A stretch of DNA of 64,000 bases from Takakia lepidozioides (taxonomy: Eukaryota; Plantae; Bryophyta), in the NCBI GenBank assembly GCA_030704615.1, contig CM060734.1, forward strand, positions 31,062,001 to 31,126,000, written 5' to 3'. The stretch's first letter is position 1. Every line of letters starts with the position of its first letter. This document shows positions 51,440 through 64,000 of the stretch, piece by piece. The notes beneath the pieces are model-generated. The model saw only the letters and a program-made list of their open reading frames with translations, searched no databases and was not told where the DNA came from. The translations under genes and the position numbers were made by a program.

Positions 51440-52460
51440 AGATCACGGGCCTGATGGCATGACAAGGCCAAAATCGATGGCAAGAGTCCATTAAAACTTA
51501 CCATCGCCGTTTTCCAAGAGGCTTATGCTAAGGTTTACAAAAACACCTCACTATAATCCATTCCATACCAAATTCAGACCTGAAAGAGGCATGGTACTGC
51601 CTCACCAGGCTACCACCATAAAATTCATGGTCTCCTCGTCCATAGAACATAAAATCCACCGAAACCTTACCCATAAAACTCAGATCCTCTTTAAGGCCTA
51701 AAAACAATACCTAGCTTAGTAATCCACAGGCGCTGCTGTCAAAGATAAAAAAACAAGGTAAGGTCCAGATGTTGGGCTTCAAGAGACAGGCCTGCCAGGC
51801 CAGAATGCCCCATCAACGGCAACAAAACAGAAGTAAAAAAGAAGCTACAGCATGCCAAACCAGGAGCAGGCGGGCCGAATTTGGGACTGCAGGTAGCAGC
51901 CAGGTCAAGACGCCATACAACAGAGGGTCTCTTTGCCAACATCTACATCTGCATGCTCAAGAAAATTCAAAGCAAGTGAGGATCCTCACCTGGTCCCATC
52001 ACAAGCCCCATAAAAATCAATAGATTAGTGAGGATTGTGGAACCCCAGGTGAATAACGGAACCCCACACTTGTCATCGATGTCAACCAAGAACTTCAAAA
52101 GCAAGAGATGAAGACAAAAACAGAAGGAACCATAGTCACCAAAAGGACCTTGAGCGATCGGGGAAAAGATCTGTGCGCCACCAACAAGCCGCCTCTAACA
52201 AAGCAAAAAAACAATGAGGCATACAAGCACAAGGTTAAGAAGGGGAGGGAGAGAGACTTCCTACCATAGGCGCCGCTGCAAAAATTAAAGGCCAGAGGAG
52301 GGAACACAACAAAGCATTCACAGCTTTGTCTCCCGCATGTAAGAGGGACCAAGCGCTGCCACTGTGCATCCCCAGGAAATCGCTCAGCACGGGTAACATG
52401 CAGCAAACAGGGTAGCAACAAAAACACATACGCCATAACGCTCCCCCTGCGAGCTCAGAA
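51440..52460 (-). pseudogene. Penelope-like RT remnant, copy A
   Basis: GDKAVN, DIDDKCGVPLFT and FYGGSLVRQ..GM/.DYSEV/NLSISLLE. Colinear homology with 53850-54550 (+). Confidence 0.55.
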
Positions 52461-52499
52461 ACATAGCCTGTGCTTCTGACGGCGGGAGAGACAGCTTAG

Positions 52500-53540
52500 T
52501 GCACGGATGAAAAATAGTCATAACATCCCTCAAACCCGACAGATTCCATCTGTAGCTAGATTAAAAAATAGTCTTAAGGGTAGAGGTTAGGGTTTCACAC
52601 CATAATTAATCATAATTAGGGGTAGTTAAGATCAAATCAGGGCCATAAACAGCTGTACATATCATCCGGTTCAGATGACAGAGAAAAGTCATCCATTGAA
52701 AGAATCCTTCAGCATGATGAAAAAACGGGAAATATCATCCATGGCAACGGTTCACAATCTCACAGGTAATTCAACATCCCAAAATTTCTCATCCGGTATG
52801 GATGAAAAAAAGCAATAAAAGAGAAATGAAAAATTAATATATTGGCTGTTATCATTCGGTATGGATGAAAAACAGGATAATAGTAACAACCCTCGCGGGG
52901 GTAATCCTTCATTCTCTGGTGACGTATCCGGTATGGATGAAAGTCAATAAAAGATGAATGAAAAACCCAGAATTCATCCTAGATATGCATAGAGGTAATT
53001 CAGTGTCCATCCTGGTAGTTCATCCGGTATGAATGAAAAATCGTTAGAGGATGAATGAAAAACTGTCATAATTCATCCGGTATAGATAAAAACAGGAAAT
53101 CAAAACTAATAAGTCTGGCCGATTCCAAGAATGGAGGGCGAGAAAAGGAGAGAAGAAGCAACGAAAAATAAATAAAAATTAAAAAAAAAAATGAGGGGGG
53201 GGAGGGGACTGTTGCTACTCAGTCACCGCCCCCCCCCCCTCCCCCCGGCATGTTTTTTTTTTTTTTTTAGTTTCCTCATCTCTCCTTCTCTCTCCTTCTC
53301 TCTCATCTAATGAAAAATGTGGCTGAAATGTTTTTTGCCTAAAATGGATGATTACTGGACAGCTTGGTATTTTTTGCGGTAATGCTTAAAACCTGATGAG
53401 TGGCTGGCTTTTTCATCAATGTCGGATGTCATCCATAACGGATGACTTCATGAATACCTACGAAAGACATCCATGTCGGATGAAATCCTGCGAAAGTAAC
53501 CTACTAGCTATGTTGATTTTCCATCCAAACTGGATGAAAT
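52500..53540. repeat. Array of TTCATCCGGTATGGATGAA palindromes
   Basis: Copies near 52790, 52852, 52925, 53020 and 53073, with reversed variants near 53429-53538. Confidence 0.75.
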
Positions 53541-53559
53541 TGCGGGGAAGTAGGTTTGG

Positions 53560-55073
53560 TTCACCTCTCTAAACCTGAACAGCCTGACACTTGGGCTTCT
53601 GTATTTCCTGGAACTGCGCGATGGCGGCTTCAAGGTGCGATGGCGGCCAGACAGGATGAAATCGAGGGGAGGCTATGCGTGATCACTTCCATAACTTTAA
53701 ACAACCCAACATTTGGGCGTCTTAATTTCTTGGAGCCGTGTGATGGCGGCCTGACGACGCAAGACATGATCCCTGCATTGGTAATCCCCTTAGGAGGTGT
53801 GACTATGATTTTAATGTTCGTCTGCTGTAGTTTCACAACTAGTGGGTAGACAAGCTGCTGCCGCGACCTGTAGAGAATCTTTTTGTGTTCGTGTTTTCTG
53901 CAGCGGCGCCCTAACAAATCTGTGGAGGCTTGTCTTCTCTCCCCTTCAAGCAAATCTATTATGTTTTGACTTGTTGTATGCCAGATCATGGACGTCAGGC
54001 TGAAGAGCTATCCAGTTCCATTGATTTTGAAAATTTATGGTTGATTCTGCTTCTGCCTTCCGCTTGGTTTCTTTGTGTGCTTTATAACTCAGTTTTGACA
54101 TAGATAGCAACTGTGAAGTCATCCGATTCACCTCGCGCATCCTCACTAACACACAAAACATTTTTTGTGGTTGTTTTTGGACGGACGCAGGTGAGGGACT
54201 TCACCTAAATTGATTTATGAAGCTTGCAAGGATCTAAGCATTGTAGAATGGATGTATGTTGATGCACACAGCTGCTTCAAAAAACATTTCAATAGAGATG
54301 TACTTTCAAACTTTAACCTTGATTTCCAGATCTGAAATCTGTTAGGTTTTTGTAAGTATGGTTACTTGCAAGGTTTCATAGAAACAGCCAGTCTAAGGAC
54401 GTCTCTCTGGCTTTTATACCAATGATATCTGGCTATAAATTTGACCATGGCGGTTTTTTGACAAGGCTATGGAACCTGGCAGGTTTTGGAGATGGCTCTG
54501 GCATATCAACACCAAGCCTATATGCTGGTGGATTTTATGATGACAGGGTAGTGGCTGATACTTCCACCCTAGAACTGCCTATGCTTTCTTCAAAACTGAT
54601 CTATCTATGGTGTGTTTATTTAGTAAGCACCAGTACTTTTTGGTTAATGTGAGCTTTTTCATAAAACCCTCATATGCTGCTGAGTTCATGACATGACTGC
54701 AGATCGGACATGTTTAAAGTTAACACTAACCTGGCAGCATTTTGACATGGATCTGGTATCTATCCCAGACCTGTATTCTGCGTTGTTATGGTAGCTTAAA
54801 CAATGCAGCAACAGTGGCTTTTCTAAGACCTTCATTTACTGCTGAGTTCATAATTTGTCTACAGCCATTTACCTTTTGAAGTTCTCCTTAAAACTTGGCA
54901 AAGTTCTGGTATGGCAGAGTTTTAATGTGGCTTTGGTGCACCAACCCCAAATCTGCATCTATTTATGAGAAATTTTAAACAATTCAGCTTAGGCTTTTGG
55001 GCACACATTTGCCTTTAAAACTCCTGTATGGATCTGAGATATTCAAAGTTCATAATCTTAAGCACGCTGGAAT
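53560..55073 (+). pseudogene. Penelope-like RT remnant, copy B
   Basis: DIDSNCEVIRFT; FDHGGFLTRL..GFGDGSGIS (motif B'-like); a degenerate YxDD region followed by NP; GSGIYP; TVAFL/DLHLL with a 1-nt insertion (V.FLDL motif). Confidence 0.55.
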
Positions 55074-55645
55074 TGTGAGAGGCGTGGGTGAACGGGGGAG
55101 AGAGGGCCTGCAGTGGCGAGGACCCGCGCCGTTGGCAGCCGCGACACCAATGGCAGCGGTGCCGACGCCACCAGCAACAGCATCAACAGCAGCAGAAGAG
55201 GTAGGTTAGGGTGGAAAGATGGTCTATGGCTCCGTCGGGAGAGATGAGGAAACAAATAAATAAAATTGGGGGGGAGGGAGCCAGTCACCCCCCCATTTTT
55301 TTTTAATTTATTTATTTTTTCTTTGTTGCCGTCTTTTTCCCTCTCTCTCCCTCTCTTTTGTCTCCGTCCCTCTCCCTCTCTCTTTTTAACTCTTCTGCCC
55401 CCTCTCTTCATTTTTGGTTTTTTATTTTGTGAACAACACAAAAGAGAGGGAAGATACTTTTGTCATGTCAAGACAAGGACAAGATTTATTAAAGTTATTG
55501 TAAAAAAAAAACATGGCAGCCTCTTACAAGGCACCATCTAACTCCTCTTTCATCAACTGTCATATGCTTTGAAAAAACAGAGTCTCCTTAGTGTAAGGGA
55601 CCCTCAAAGCTTGTCACTAATATTTTCCCTTTATGGTTTGACCTT

Positions 55646-56110
55646 GCTTACTGTATGACACTGGAATACCTCCAGCGTATGGGTAATGTTCAACTTGTTC
55701 CAAATATAAAGGTGTAAAGTTCGAAAGTTGTATGTGGCCTTAGAGCCATATCTGCTGATGGCATGTGAACAATTTCTTATGAAAAAGACCCCACCCTCTC
55801 ACCTTAAGATTTCAAAAGCTATGAAATCATGTTTATGATAATTAACTAAGAGTCACTTCGCCTCACGGCAACTAACCCCTTTTGGGGGTGCCCTATACAT
55901 AATCTCTCACACAATTATCATAAACATGATTTCATAGCTTTTGAAATCTTAGGGTGGGAGGGTGGGATCTTTTTCATAAGAAATTGTTCACATGCCATGA
56001 GCAGATATGGCTCTAAGGCCACATACAACTTTCGAACTTTACACCTTTATATTTGGAACAAGTTGAACATTACCCATACGCTGGAGGTATTCCAGTGTCA
56101 TACAGTAAGC
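55646..56110. repeat. Near-perfect long inverted repeat (198-bp arms, 69-bp loop)
   Basis: 55646-55843 is the reverse complement of 55913-56110 with only a few mismatches. Confidence 0.95.
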
Positions 56111-57229
56111 TCAAAGATATGACATCTACTATGATGATCTCTAAGTAACCTTTAAGTCATGCCAAGATACATGCCGCTGCTAACTTTAATCATAAATCAC
56201 AAAATTTGGTGATAAATTAGGATTAGGTGCTCTGTAAGTGTCTGTAAATCCTCAAGTCAATCGGAATGGAAAAACCATTTCAAACGTCGTTCTTCGTGGA
56301 TCCATCGTATAGAAAGTTTGCTGCTTCCCTGGAAAACATTCTAATGGTGATGCCCCTAGAGTTCTTGATCCTGCCACTTGATCATCAAAGCTCGGAAGTC
56401 ACCTCCAACTACCACCGTCGGCTTGGCCATGCTCCGCTCCGAAGTCGTCCGTTCTGCCGTTCTGCTGTTGTTTCGATGCAACGTCCTACTGTTGTAACGA
56501 TATTTCATACAATATTTCAATATTTCATACAATGCGATATTTCATATACTTGTAGCGATATTTCAATTCCTAACTTGCTAAGTGCTGTCACTGTGTGGAC
56601 CTACTGGATAAGAGAAGGGGGATGAAAGACAAATCGCAACCCGTCCTTACAGTCGTCCTTGTAAAGTTCAAACAGTTCCAAGTTGCCACTAGTTGTACCG
56701 AATTGGTAGCCTACTATGTTGTCTCTACAACTTCATACTATCGTTTTGACGCCAGAGTCCCACTTGATGTTCGTCTTAGACTTAATCTAATTCCTAAGTG
56801 CTTCACCACTTGATTTCTTTCATCTTACTTTGTAGGACCAGTGCCTCTATCTGCCATTGAACTTCTTATTCTTCCTATTCTGATAGCCTACTAGGCTACC
56901 TTGTACAAGGTGGAAACCCTTGTGTGTCAATGATGTGCTCAACAACATAGCAAAAATCCAAAACAGCCTTGGTATCTTCGCAACTGTTGATGATAATTTG
57001 TCAACTGAGCTGCTATAGCAAGATTAGGATCCTGCATTGGTCATTGTATTAGCATCATAGTGCAACACTTGAGGTCATATAGCGAGATTATTATGAGAGG
57101 TGAGAGATTAGCAAATGCACTATGGCCAAACATGCAGAATCCAGTGTTTAGCTCTTGATTCAGAGACCCACGTATAATCCCAAAAGAAACATTTGAAATT
57201 CTTGAGTATGGACTCCATAGTTGCACAGA

Positions 57230-58690
57230 TGTGACGTTGCGTGAACACGTCAGTGTCACATCAGAAGTCACGTCCTGATGTAATTCACGTCACCTCAAAA
57301 ACCAACTTTACTCCGTGTTATTTTATTTTATTTTATATTTTTATTGTACGTAATTAACCTTAAAAAAAACACGTTAAAAACCAGGTCTATTTATGATATA
57401 AAATTATATTACTAAAAACGAATATTTTATTTTATTTTGGAAAAGAGCCATTCAATATAATTACCAAAAATATTTTGAAAAAATCAGGAGGTTCCCCATA
57501 AATGTAAACAAATTGATAATGTTTTTGAAAATTACACTGGAAAATCGGGCATGCTAGCACTGGCAATCCTGATTTTTCAGGAGATCTAAAACTGGCCGGA
57601 AAAATCTGGACTAGCAGCGCTGGCGGTCCCCATTTCTTTATTAAAATAAAAGGTAATATCAAAACCGCTGGAGGTGGCGAACCTAATTTTTTAAAAATAA
57701 AATAAAAATTTGAGACCGCCAATGCTGACATCTTCTTATTGAAAGTAATAGTGTCTTCAATGCGCGCACGTGTACCTGCGGTGGGGCCTGCGTGTAGCAG
57801 AGGGGGTCGTGAAGGGTTAAAGCGCCCCAACCCGTCAGACTCAGTATGTTGGGTCTGTTGGGCAAGCCAGTCTGCTGGGGCCCATAAAACACATAAAATA
57901 TGCACATAAAACATTAGTTATTTCAAAAGTTTGCAGAATGCAGCGGGTAGTTTGATAGTTAAGAGCAACGAATAATAAACATGAGGTTTGGTTTCAATTC
58001 TTGTCAGGTGTACTGTGGCAGTAATGTGTGTTATTAAATATATATTTTGGAGGGTCTACCAGTCCGCTGGAAGGTTGGGGTCAGTCTGCTGGAAGGTCTG
58101 CCGCCATAGAAGAACAAAGACGTAGAAAAATTTCAGAATCCGGCCAACTCGGTGAATTGGTGGTGGGCTTATGAGCTTACCTCATGGGTCGTATTGGCGG
58201 GGCCCATAGACGCATTGAAGACGATATTATCTTAAAATGAGAGCTATGCTGGCGGTCCCGATTGTTTTTTAAAATAAAATATAATGAAAAATCTGGATCG
58301 CCAACACAGGCGGCCCCGATTTACTTTTCAAAAAATAAAAAATAAAATTAAAATTGGTGGTCCTAATTTATATCAAATATATATTTTCAATATATGGGAC
58401 TGTCAACACTAATGTTCCCAATTTAAATTTAGTATATTTTCTAATATATATAGGACCGTCAGGAATGGCGGTCCCAATTTGTATTTAATATATTCTTAAG
58501 ATATATGGGACGCCAACATTTGCGGTCCCAATTTATATTTAATATGTTTTTAAAATATATGGGACCGCCAGCACTGACGGTCCCAATGTATATTTAATAT
58601 ATCTTCAAACTATATGGGACCGCCAGCATTGACGGTCCCAATTTACATTTAATATATCTTTGAAATATATGGGACCGCCAACATTGGCAA
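57230..58690. repeat. GGGACCGCC..GGCGGTCCC palindrome array with ~59-bp tandem units at 58380-58690
   Basis: Same motif family as 48320-49760. Confidence 0.75.
57746..58229. mobile_element. MITE-like insertion
   Basis: TAATAGTGTCTTCAATGCG and CGCATTGAAGACGATATTA form a 17/19 inverted match bounding a GC-richer insert. Confidence 0.55.
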
Positions 58691-58729
58691 TGGCGAAAAA
58701 ACCCTGTGTCTCTTTTCCACCCTATGACA

Positions 58730-59520
58730 GCAAGGGGTCGCTACGCCCCAACGCTGGGAGGCCGTAGCGACCCTACGAAATTCAAACTCCATAACCCAGT
58801 ATCAAAAAAATCCTATAAAGAAAAAAAACAAATCCCAAAAAGACCAGTCCTACATTGCCTAAGGGCCTGGGTCGTTGCCTTAGCCTCGGGACTTTCAAAA
58901 TTGATAAACAAAGGCGGAGCATCCCTCTGGTGAGAGAATCTAAGAGAATAAATCTTTCCTCACGTTCTATCTTCATGTTGCCCACACCATGGAAAAATTT
59001 ATTGAGACCCAGCGCTTTGCGCTTATGAGATTGAACCACTTTTTGGATATGTGAATCTTCAATACACCGTTTATCCTATCAACCCCAAGACCCACAACCA
59101 AAACCGCCAATCCAAAACCCAGCACCATAAAGAAAAACAAACACCCTACCCCAATATCATATGAAAAAAAAAAAAAAAAAAAAAACCCTAAGAACCCCAA
59201 AAGGCCCTAAACCCTAAACCTGTAACATGATGGTTGCGAGGCCGGGGGTCGCAAGCAGCGACGGCCGGGTGTCGCAAGACCCAGTTTGAATTTTTATAAA
59301 AAAACGGGGCGCAAGAGTGCGACGGCTGGGCGTCGCACGTTGACACCGTACCCGTCATTTTTTCTAAGTGCTTGAAGCACCTCCTTCCCCCCCGTTTTTA
59401 TTTGTTCTTCGGGAGAGAGTGAGTTAAAAGAGTAGGGTTTAGGGTGGAGGAGAAACCAACCTGGTGCTGAGCCCAAGGTGGTCGCAAGGTGGAGAGGAGG
59501 TCGCCCCGACGCCGCTCCAA
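58730..59520. repeat. CACTA-like subterminal GTCGCAA/GCGAC repeats
   Basis: Same word family as 7600-8264. No terminal CACTA located. Confidence 0.45.
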
Positions 59521-60599
59521 CGCTGCAGGTAAGTTGTGCCTCCTTCCTCACTTTCTCTCTTGCACTCTTGCCCTAAACTCGGGCTCACCTCTCTCTCCCC
59601 TGTGTGGTAGAAACGTCGCGCAGAGGCGGGATCAAAGGAAGCTGAAGATTACAAGGTTTTAGTTTTAGGAATGTACGTTTTATTGAGCTAAGACAAGGTG
59701 TCTAGCTCATTGTGGGCCTTGAGGCCATTTGGTTTGATAAACGAGAAGTTTGTGAGCATCAAAGAGTAAGGACAGTCCCAGTGGATCTGATGTTGTTGGC
59801 ATGGGAGTAGCAAAACGATTCCTAAAGAAATCAGCTACATGAACATCGGCAGTATGAAACACTTTGCAGTACATATGATTATTAAGATTGTTTGCACGGA
59901 TTATTTGTGTTTGTGCCTTCAAGTGACGAACATTTCTGCCATGGTGCGGAAGAGGTGCATTGGCCACATTAAACGGTTGATGTGATACAATTTCACAAAT
60001 GTATCACATCACATTTGTGAAAATGTATCACATGAACCGTTCCATGTGGCCTACGGGAGTCTTCGATGGGTACGAGATCAGACTAGCATATTTGTGGATT
60101 CCCATTGGAGACAACATACTAAAATGTGATCTTCCATTGCATTGTGGCCTACGAGATCAGCTTCCACCAACAAACATGTGATCATTTCAAAAGCGCTTGA
60201 AGCGACGATGGGCAAGGTTCTTCATCCAGATATTCAACATGTTGAGGTCTTTTGTAATGTCTCTTGCTTCGTAATGAGGTGCTTCTCCAGCTCTTATTTT
60301 TCCAATGTTAATATTCTCCATCTGGAACATATCCACACATGCGTATATAAATACTAAAAAAACCAAATGACCATATAAACTGGAAGCTGCGGATGAGGCT
60401 TATAAAAGTGGAGATGGTCATTTGCTTATTTAAGGATTTCTGCACACATGTGTGGATCTGTTTCAGGTAGATAACATCAACATATTGGATAAAATGGACA
60501 TGGAGAAACACTGCATTACGAAGCAGGAAACACTACAAAAAAAGCTTCACAAGGCATACCATGTAACAGGTCCCGATCTAATCGAAGACGAAACCCCAT

Positions 60600-61970
60600 T
60601 CATTCAATAGGCGATTGAATGGTTGCCCATCCAAATGATTTTCGTTTGCTTTCAATCTTTGCCACTATGTTCAACATACCATGTATGAGGTCCCAGACTA
60701 ATATGAGATCAATCGAAATTCATTCTATGGCTCAACGGATGGTTGGCCATCGAAATGATTTTGGTTCGCTTTTAGACTTGGTCAGTATGTTCAATGTACC
60801 ATGTAAGAGGCTCCAGAGTAATATGAGATCAATCAAAATTTGTTCAATAGGCCAACGGATGGTTACCCATCCAAATGATTTTCGTTCACTTTGAGATTTG
60901 GCCAGTGTATTCAATGTACCATCTGATAGGTCCCAGTGTAATAGATCAATCAAAATTCGTTCGATGGGCCAATGAGGCGTTCACTTGTCATCTAGTTTTT
61001 GTTCATTGCAAAAAAGAAATCCTGCATTGCGTGCACGACTATTGCACCTATTGAATGGATGTGGTTGAAGCCCCTATTTTGCCTGCATGTGCTTGAACAT
61101 GTGTGCGACACATGTGCGGAGACACAACAGACAAATAAATCATTTGCCTCCCCATTGACGCGCTCACCCCTCAAGCCATTCCAGAATTTAATTGAATTTA
61201 AATTAATTTTAAGCCAATAAATATGTTTGCACTGCCTTTCATTGGGGGTTTCTGGCACGTATCGATTTTATTTTTTGCTCAATTTTGTTCTGCGGCTTCA
61301 AGCATCCCACCGCTACTCCCCCGCCAAAATTTGGACCAATAAAAAATGTCCCCAAAAAAAAAGTGTTCTCTTCGTTCACTATTGCACAATTCTCTATGAA
61401 GAGTGCATGAAGTAGAATACAAATCAAGTTTGGAGTGCAAAACAATGTGGTTTTGGGTCCAAATGAATTTTGTTTGCTCCCAAATTTGGCACGCATGTTG
61501 CATATGGAGTCATTACACGCCTCATTCAAAAACAGAATGAAAAAAAAATCATGAGCACGCGAAACGCAGTCCAACAGGTCCCAAAGTAATAGCAGATCTA
61601 ACGGAATACATTCAACGGGTGAACGGATGGTTGCCCATCCAAATCATTTTTGTTTGCTTCCAAATTTTGCGAGTACGTTTGAGACATCCTCTCACAAGTC
61701 TCGGACTAATATGCTCAAGATCAATCGAAATTCATTCGATGGCTCAACGGATGGTTGGCCATCGAAATGATTTTGGTTCGCTTTGAGACTTGGCCAGTAT
61801 GTTCAATGTACCATGTAAGAGGCCCCAGAGTAATATGAGATCAATCGAAATTTGTTCAATGGGCCAACAGATGGTTGCCCATCCAAATGATTCTTGTTCG
61901 CTTTGAGACTTGGCCAGTGTGTTCAATGTACCCTCTGATAGATCCCAATGTAATATGAGATCAATCGAAA
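60600..61970 (+). repeat. 120-bp satellite block plus unique core, highly similar to 1678-2850
   Basis: Near-identical sequence on the same strand; duplicated spurious ORFs at 1900/60999 and 2197/61239. Confidence 0.92.
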
Positions 61971-62428
61971 TTATTTTGTGCTTCAAGAATTTTGTGGGTA
62001 TGTTCGTCATACATAGAAAGATCATAGATTTTACGAAATGATTATGAAATACGCAGGGACCAGACGAAATTTGTTTGGAAGACGGCCGTTCGTAACTCGT
62101 TATAACTTATTGGTTAACATCAATTTTTCTTGTTCTCCAGCTTTTGGAGTTCATTGCAGATACCCACATACACGTCATGACCAAATATGACATCATTATA
62201 AATTTGTTTACAGGGTGAATCACTTCTTCCCCATCACACGAGTGTAAATGTGGAAAAAAACGCTGCTCATGCAATTGAAATTGGCAAGTGCCGCACATGT
62301 ACATTGTGTATTAACAAAATTGGTGATATACAAAATTGACGGAATGCTATCACTGTGTTTTCCAACAATATTCAAGGTACAACAAGAATGCACATTGTCT
62401 ATGTACTACGCTGCCAGTCATTAAAAGC

Positions 62429-63330
62429 CTAGTCGTCACTGTCCGATGACAAGGAATGTGATGTTGTGGTCTGATTTGCACTGCCAATACGGAAAGCTTG
62501 CGACCGTGATCTCGTGGTCAATGAGCGGCCCAATGACATGTGATCAATTCTGGCCTGCATCCGCCTACTTCGCGGCGAAAGTTGACTTTCTTCTTCACTC
62601 TCACGACGTGACGGAGGTGGATCGACAACAAGTGCTCGGGCTACATGCAAATCGACAACGAGGCCGTCCACATTCGGCAATAGTGCCCCCGAAACACAAT
62701 GATAACGGTCTGTCCATAGTCGCCTCCATTGCTCTACAACTGCCTTGATGGTATTTTTAAAACTTTCTAACTACCTCTCACGGGCCCTGTCCATAATCAT
62801 TGTGTCATTTCGACGATAAGCCGCCTCGTATACCTCATTCATTTGGCGTTGACATATTATAGCATCTTCCAGTTCGGACAGCAACAAATGTCTCCCAATC
62901 GGTTCTCGGTCATACAATTCGTTCTCCTCCGGCACCCATAGAATTTATGGGAGCCGGATAAACCTGGACCTTTTCTGACTCCAATGCCCTCCCAGATTGC
63001 GGAAAAACTGCTGTCTCTCCCACCAATCAGGAATGTCTCCCGCAAGTATGGTTATCTCCCAGTTAGATGTGACCCAGAAATATTGGAGATCTTTGACGTA
63101 TGTCGAATTTCCGGCATGTATGCCATGCATCTCTTTGTCTGCATCCCATACCAAGTTCTTGCCCCAATGCAAACAATTCAGAAATGTGAATGGTAGCCCA
63201 TCCAATGGGAGGTTGTGTCGATTGTATTCAAAACCTACGGGCATCCGATCCTCCAAGCCCACCAACTCATAGAAACGACAATGGATTGGTGTACGGCATT
63301 CTGGGCAAGCGTTCATCCGCAAACTCTTGG
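62429..63330 (-). pseudogene. Uncharacterised repeat-associated ORF with N-terminal CPxCR (RING-like half motif)
   Basis: LRMNACPECRTPIHCRFYELVGL..; the C-terminus is homologous to 699-1154. Contains stops and frameshifts. Confidence 0.6.
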
Positions 63331-63609
63331 TAAGTTCCTCTAGACTATGTCCGTGACATCACCCCCTCCTCTAGCGCCGAGTTCCTCGAGGAGCGGTAAA
63401 ATCTTGGACTTGCTTAAGATCGCGGCAAAAAATACCTCTCACCCAACCAATGGCCTCCTTCTCCACGTGACTACGTGTCGTGGAATAATGAAATGTCACG
63501 CATACAGAAGTTGTGTGGAGAGGAAATGAGGGGAGAATGAGCCTCCCTTGGCTTATACGCCCCTTCCCCCACCTCATTCCTCGGGCCACGCGCAAGGCAA
63601 ATCTTCTAG

Positions 63610-63912
63610 AAGCAACCGCCCACTTGGCGGTCGCTCTATTTTCCGAAAAATAAAATAAAAACGACCGCCAGAACTGGCGGTCGCTCCATTTTCTGAAAAT
63701 AAAATAAAGAAGCGACCGCCAGCATTGCCGGTCGCTACATTTACAGGGACATTAAGAATTAAAGCGACCGCCAGTATTGGCGGTCGCTTCATTTCGAATT
63801 TTTTTGAAATAAAATCGTCATTTATAAAACTAAAATAATTACAGCGACCGCCAGTAATGCTCCATTTTCAACAAAATTTTAATAAAAGTGACCGCCACTA
63901 ATGGCGGTCGCT
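63610..63912. repeat. GCGACCGCC-N5/6-GGCGGTCGC palindrome array
   Basis: About six copies at ~50-bp spacing, same motif as 4165-4480. Confidence 0.8.
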
Positions 63913-64000
63913 GCATTTACAAAAAAAAACACATTCGAAGGTATGTACCAGGGGCTGGGCACTGGGAAAATTGGGTGTGGTTTGGAAAAAATTTGGCATC

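Noticed and set aside
56493-56651. Solo LTR (TGTAA...TTACA)
   Set aside because: Flanks ACTGT and GTCGT do not form a TSD, and there is no second copy in the window.
59205-59220. Telomeric CCCTAAA repeats
   Set aside because: Only about two copies; a telo-box-like word inside a repeat, not a telomere.
60531-60544. CACTACAAAAAAAG as a CACTA terminus
   Set aside because: No subterminal repeats follow it and no partner TIR was found.
60619-60894. 40-aa repeat protein encoded by the 120-bp satellite
   Set aside because: Other units have stops at recurring positions and short ORFs occur on both strands, so this is a by-product of the period being a multiple of 3.

Overview
Eukaryotic land-plant DNA, most likely from a seed-free plant such as a moss (inferred from gene and transposon content, not proven). 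The core (~16-45 kb) holds three intact spliced genes: a signal-peptide/TM C2H2 zinc-finger gene (+), a plastid ATP/ADP transporter NTT (+, with one GC-AG intron) and a 16-exon TBC1D15/GYP7-type Rab-GAP (-). The Rab-GAP carries an antisense carboxylesterase pseudogene fragment in intron 2. Both flanks are dense nests of decayed transposons. Several belong to classes rarely described in land plants and are missing or fragmented in the ORF track: a Crypton-like tyrosine-recombinase element with candidate lox/dif-like palindromes, a piggyBac transposase fragment plus TTAA-flanked non-autonomous copies, and a cluster of Penelope-like RT remnants in mixed orientation ending in a 465-bp hairpin. Also present are a PHD-finger Ty3/Gypsy element, a Harbinger deletion derivative, CACTA ends and tRNA-derived SINE-like sequences. 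An unclassified repeat family (RING-like ORF, 120-bp satellite, arrays of GCGACCGCC-Nx-GGCGGTCGC palindromes) occurs at both ends of the window. All calls come from manual reading and translation; no database searches were run.
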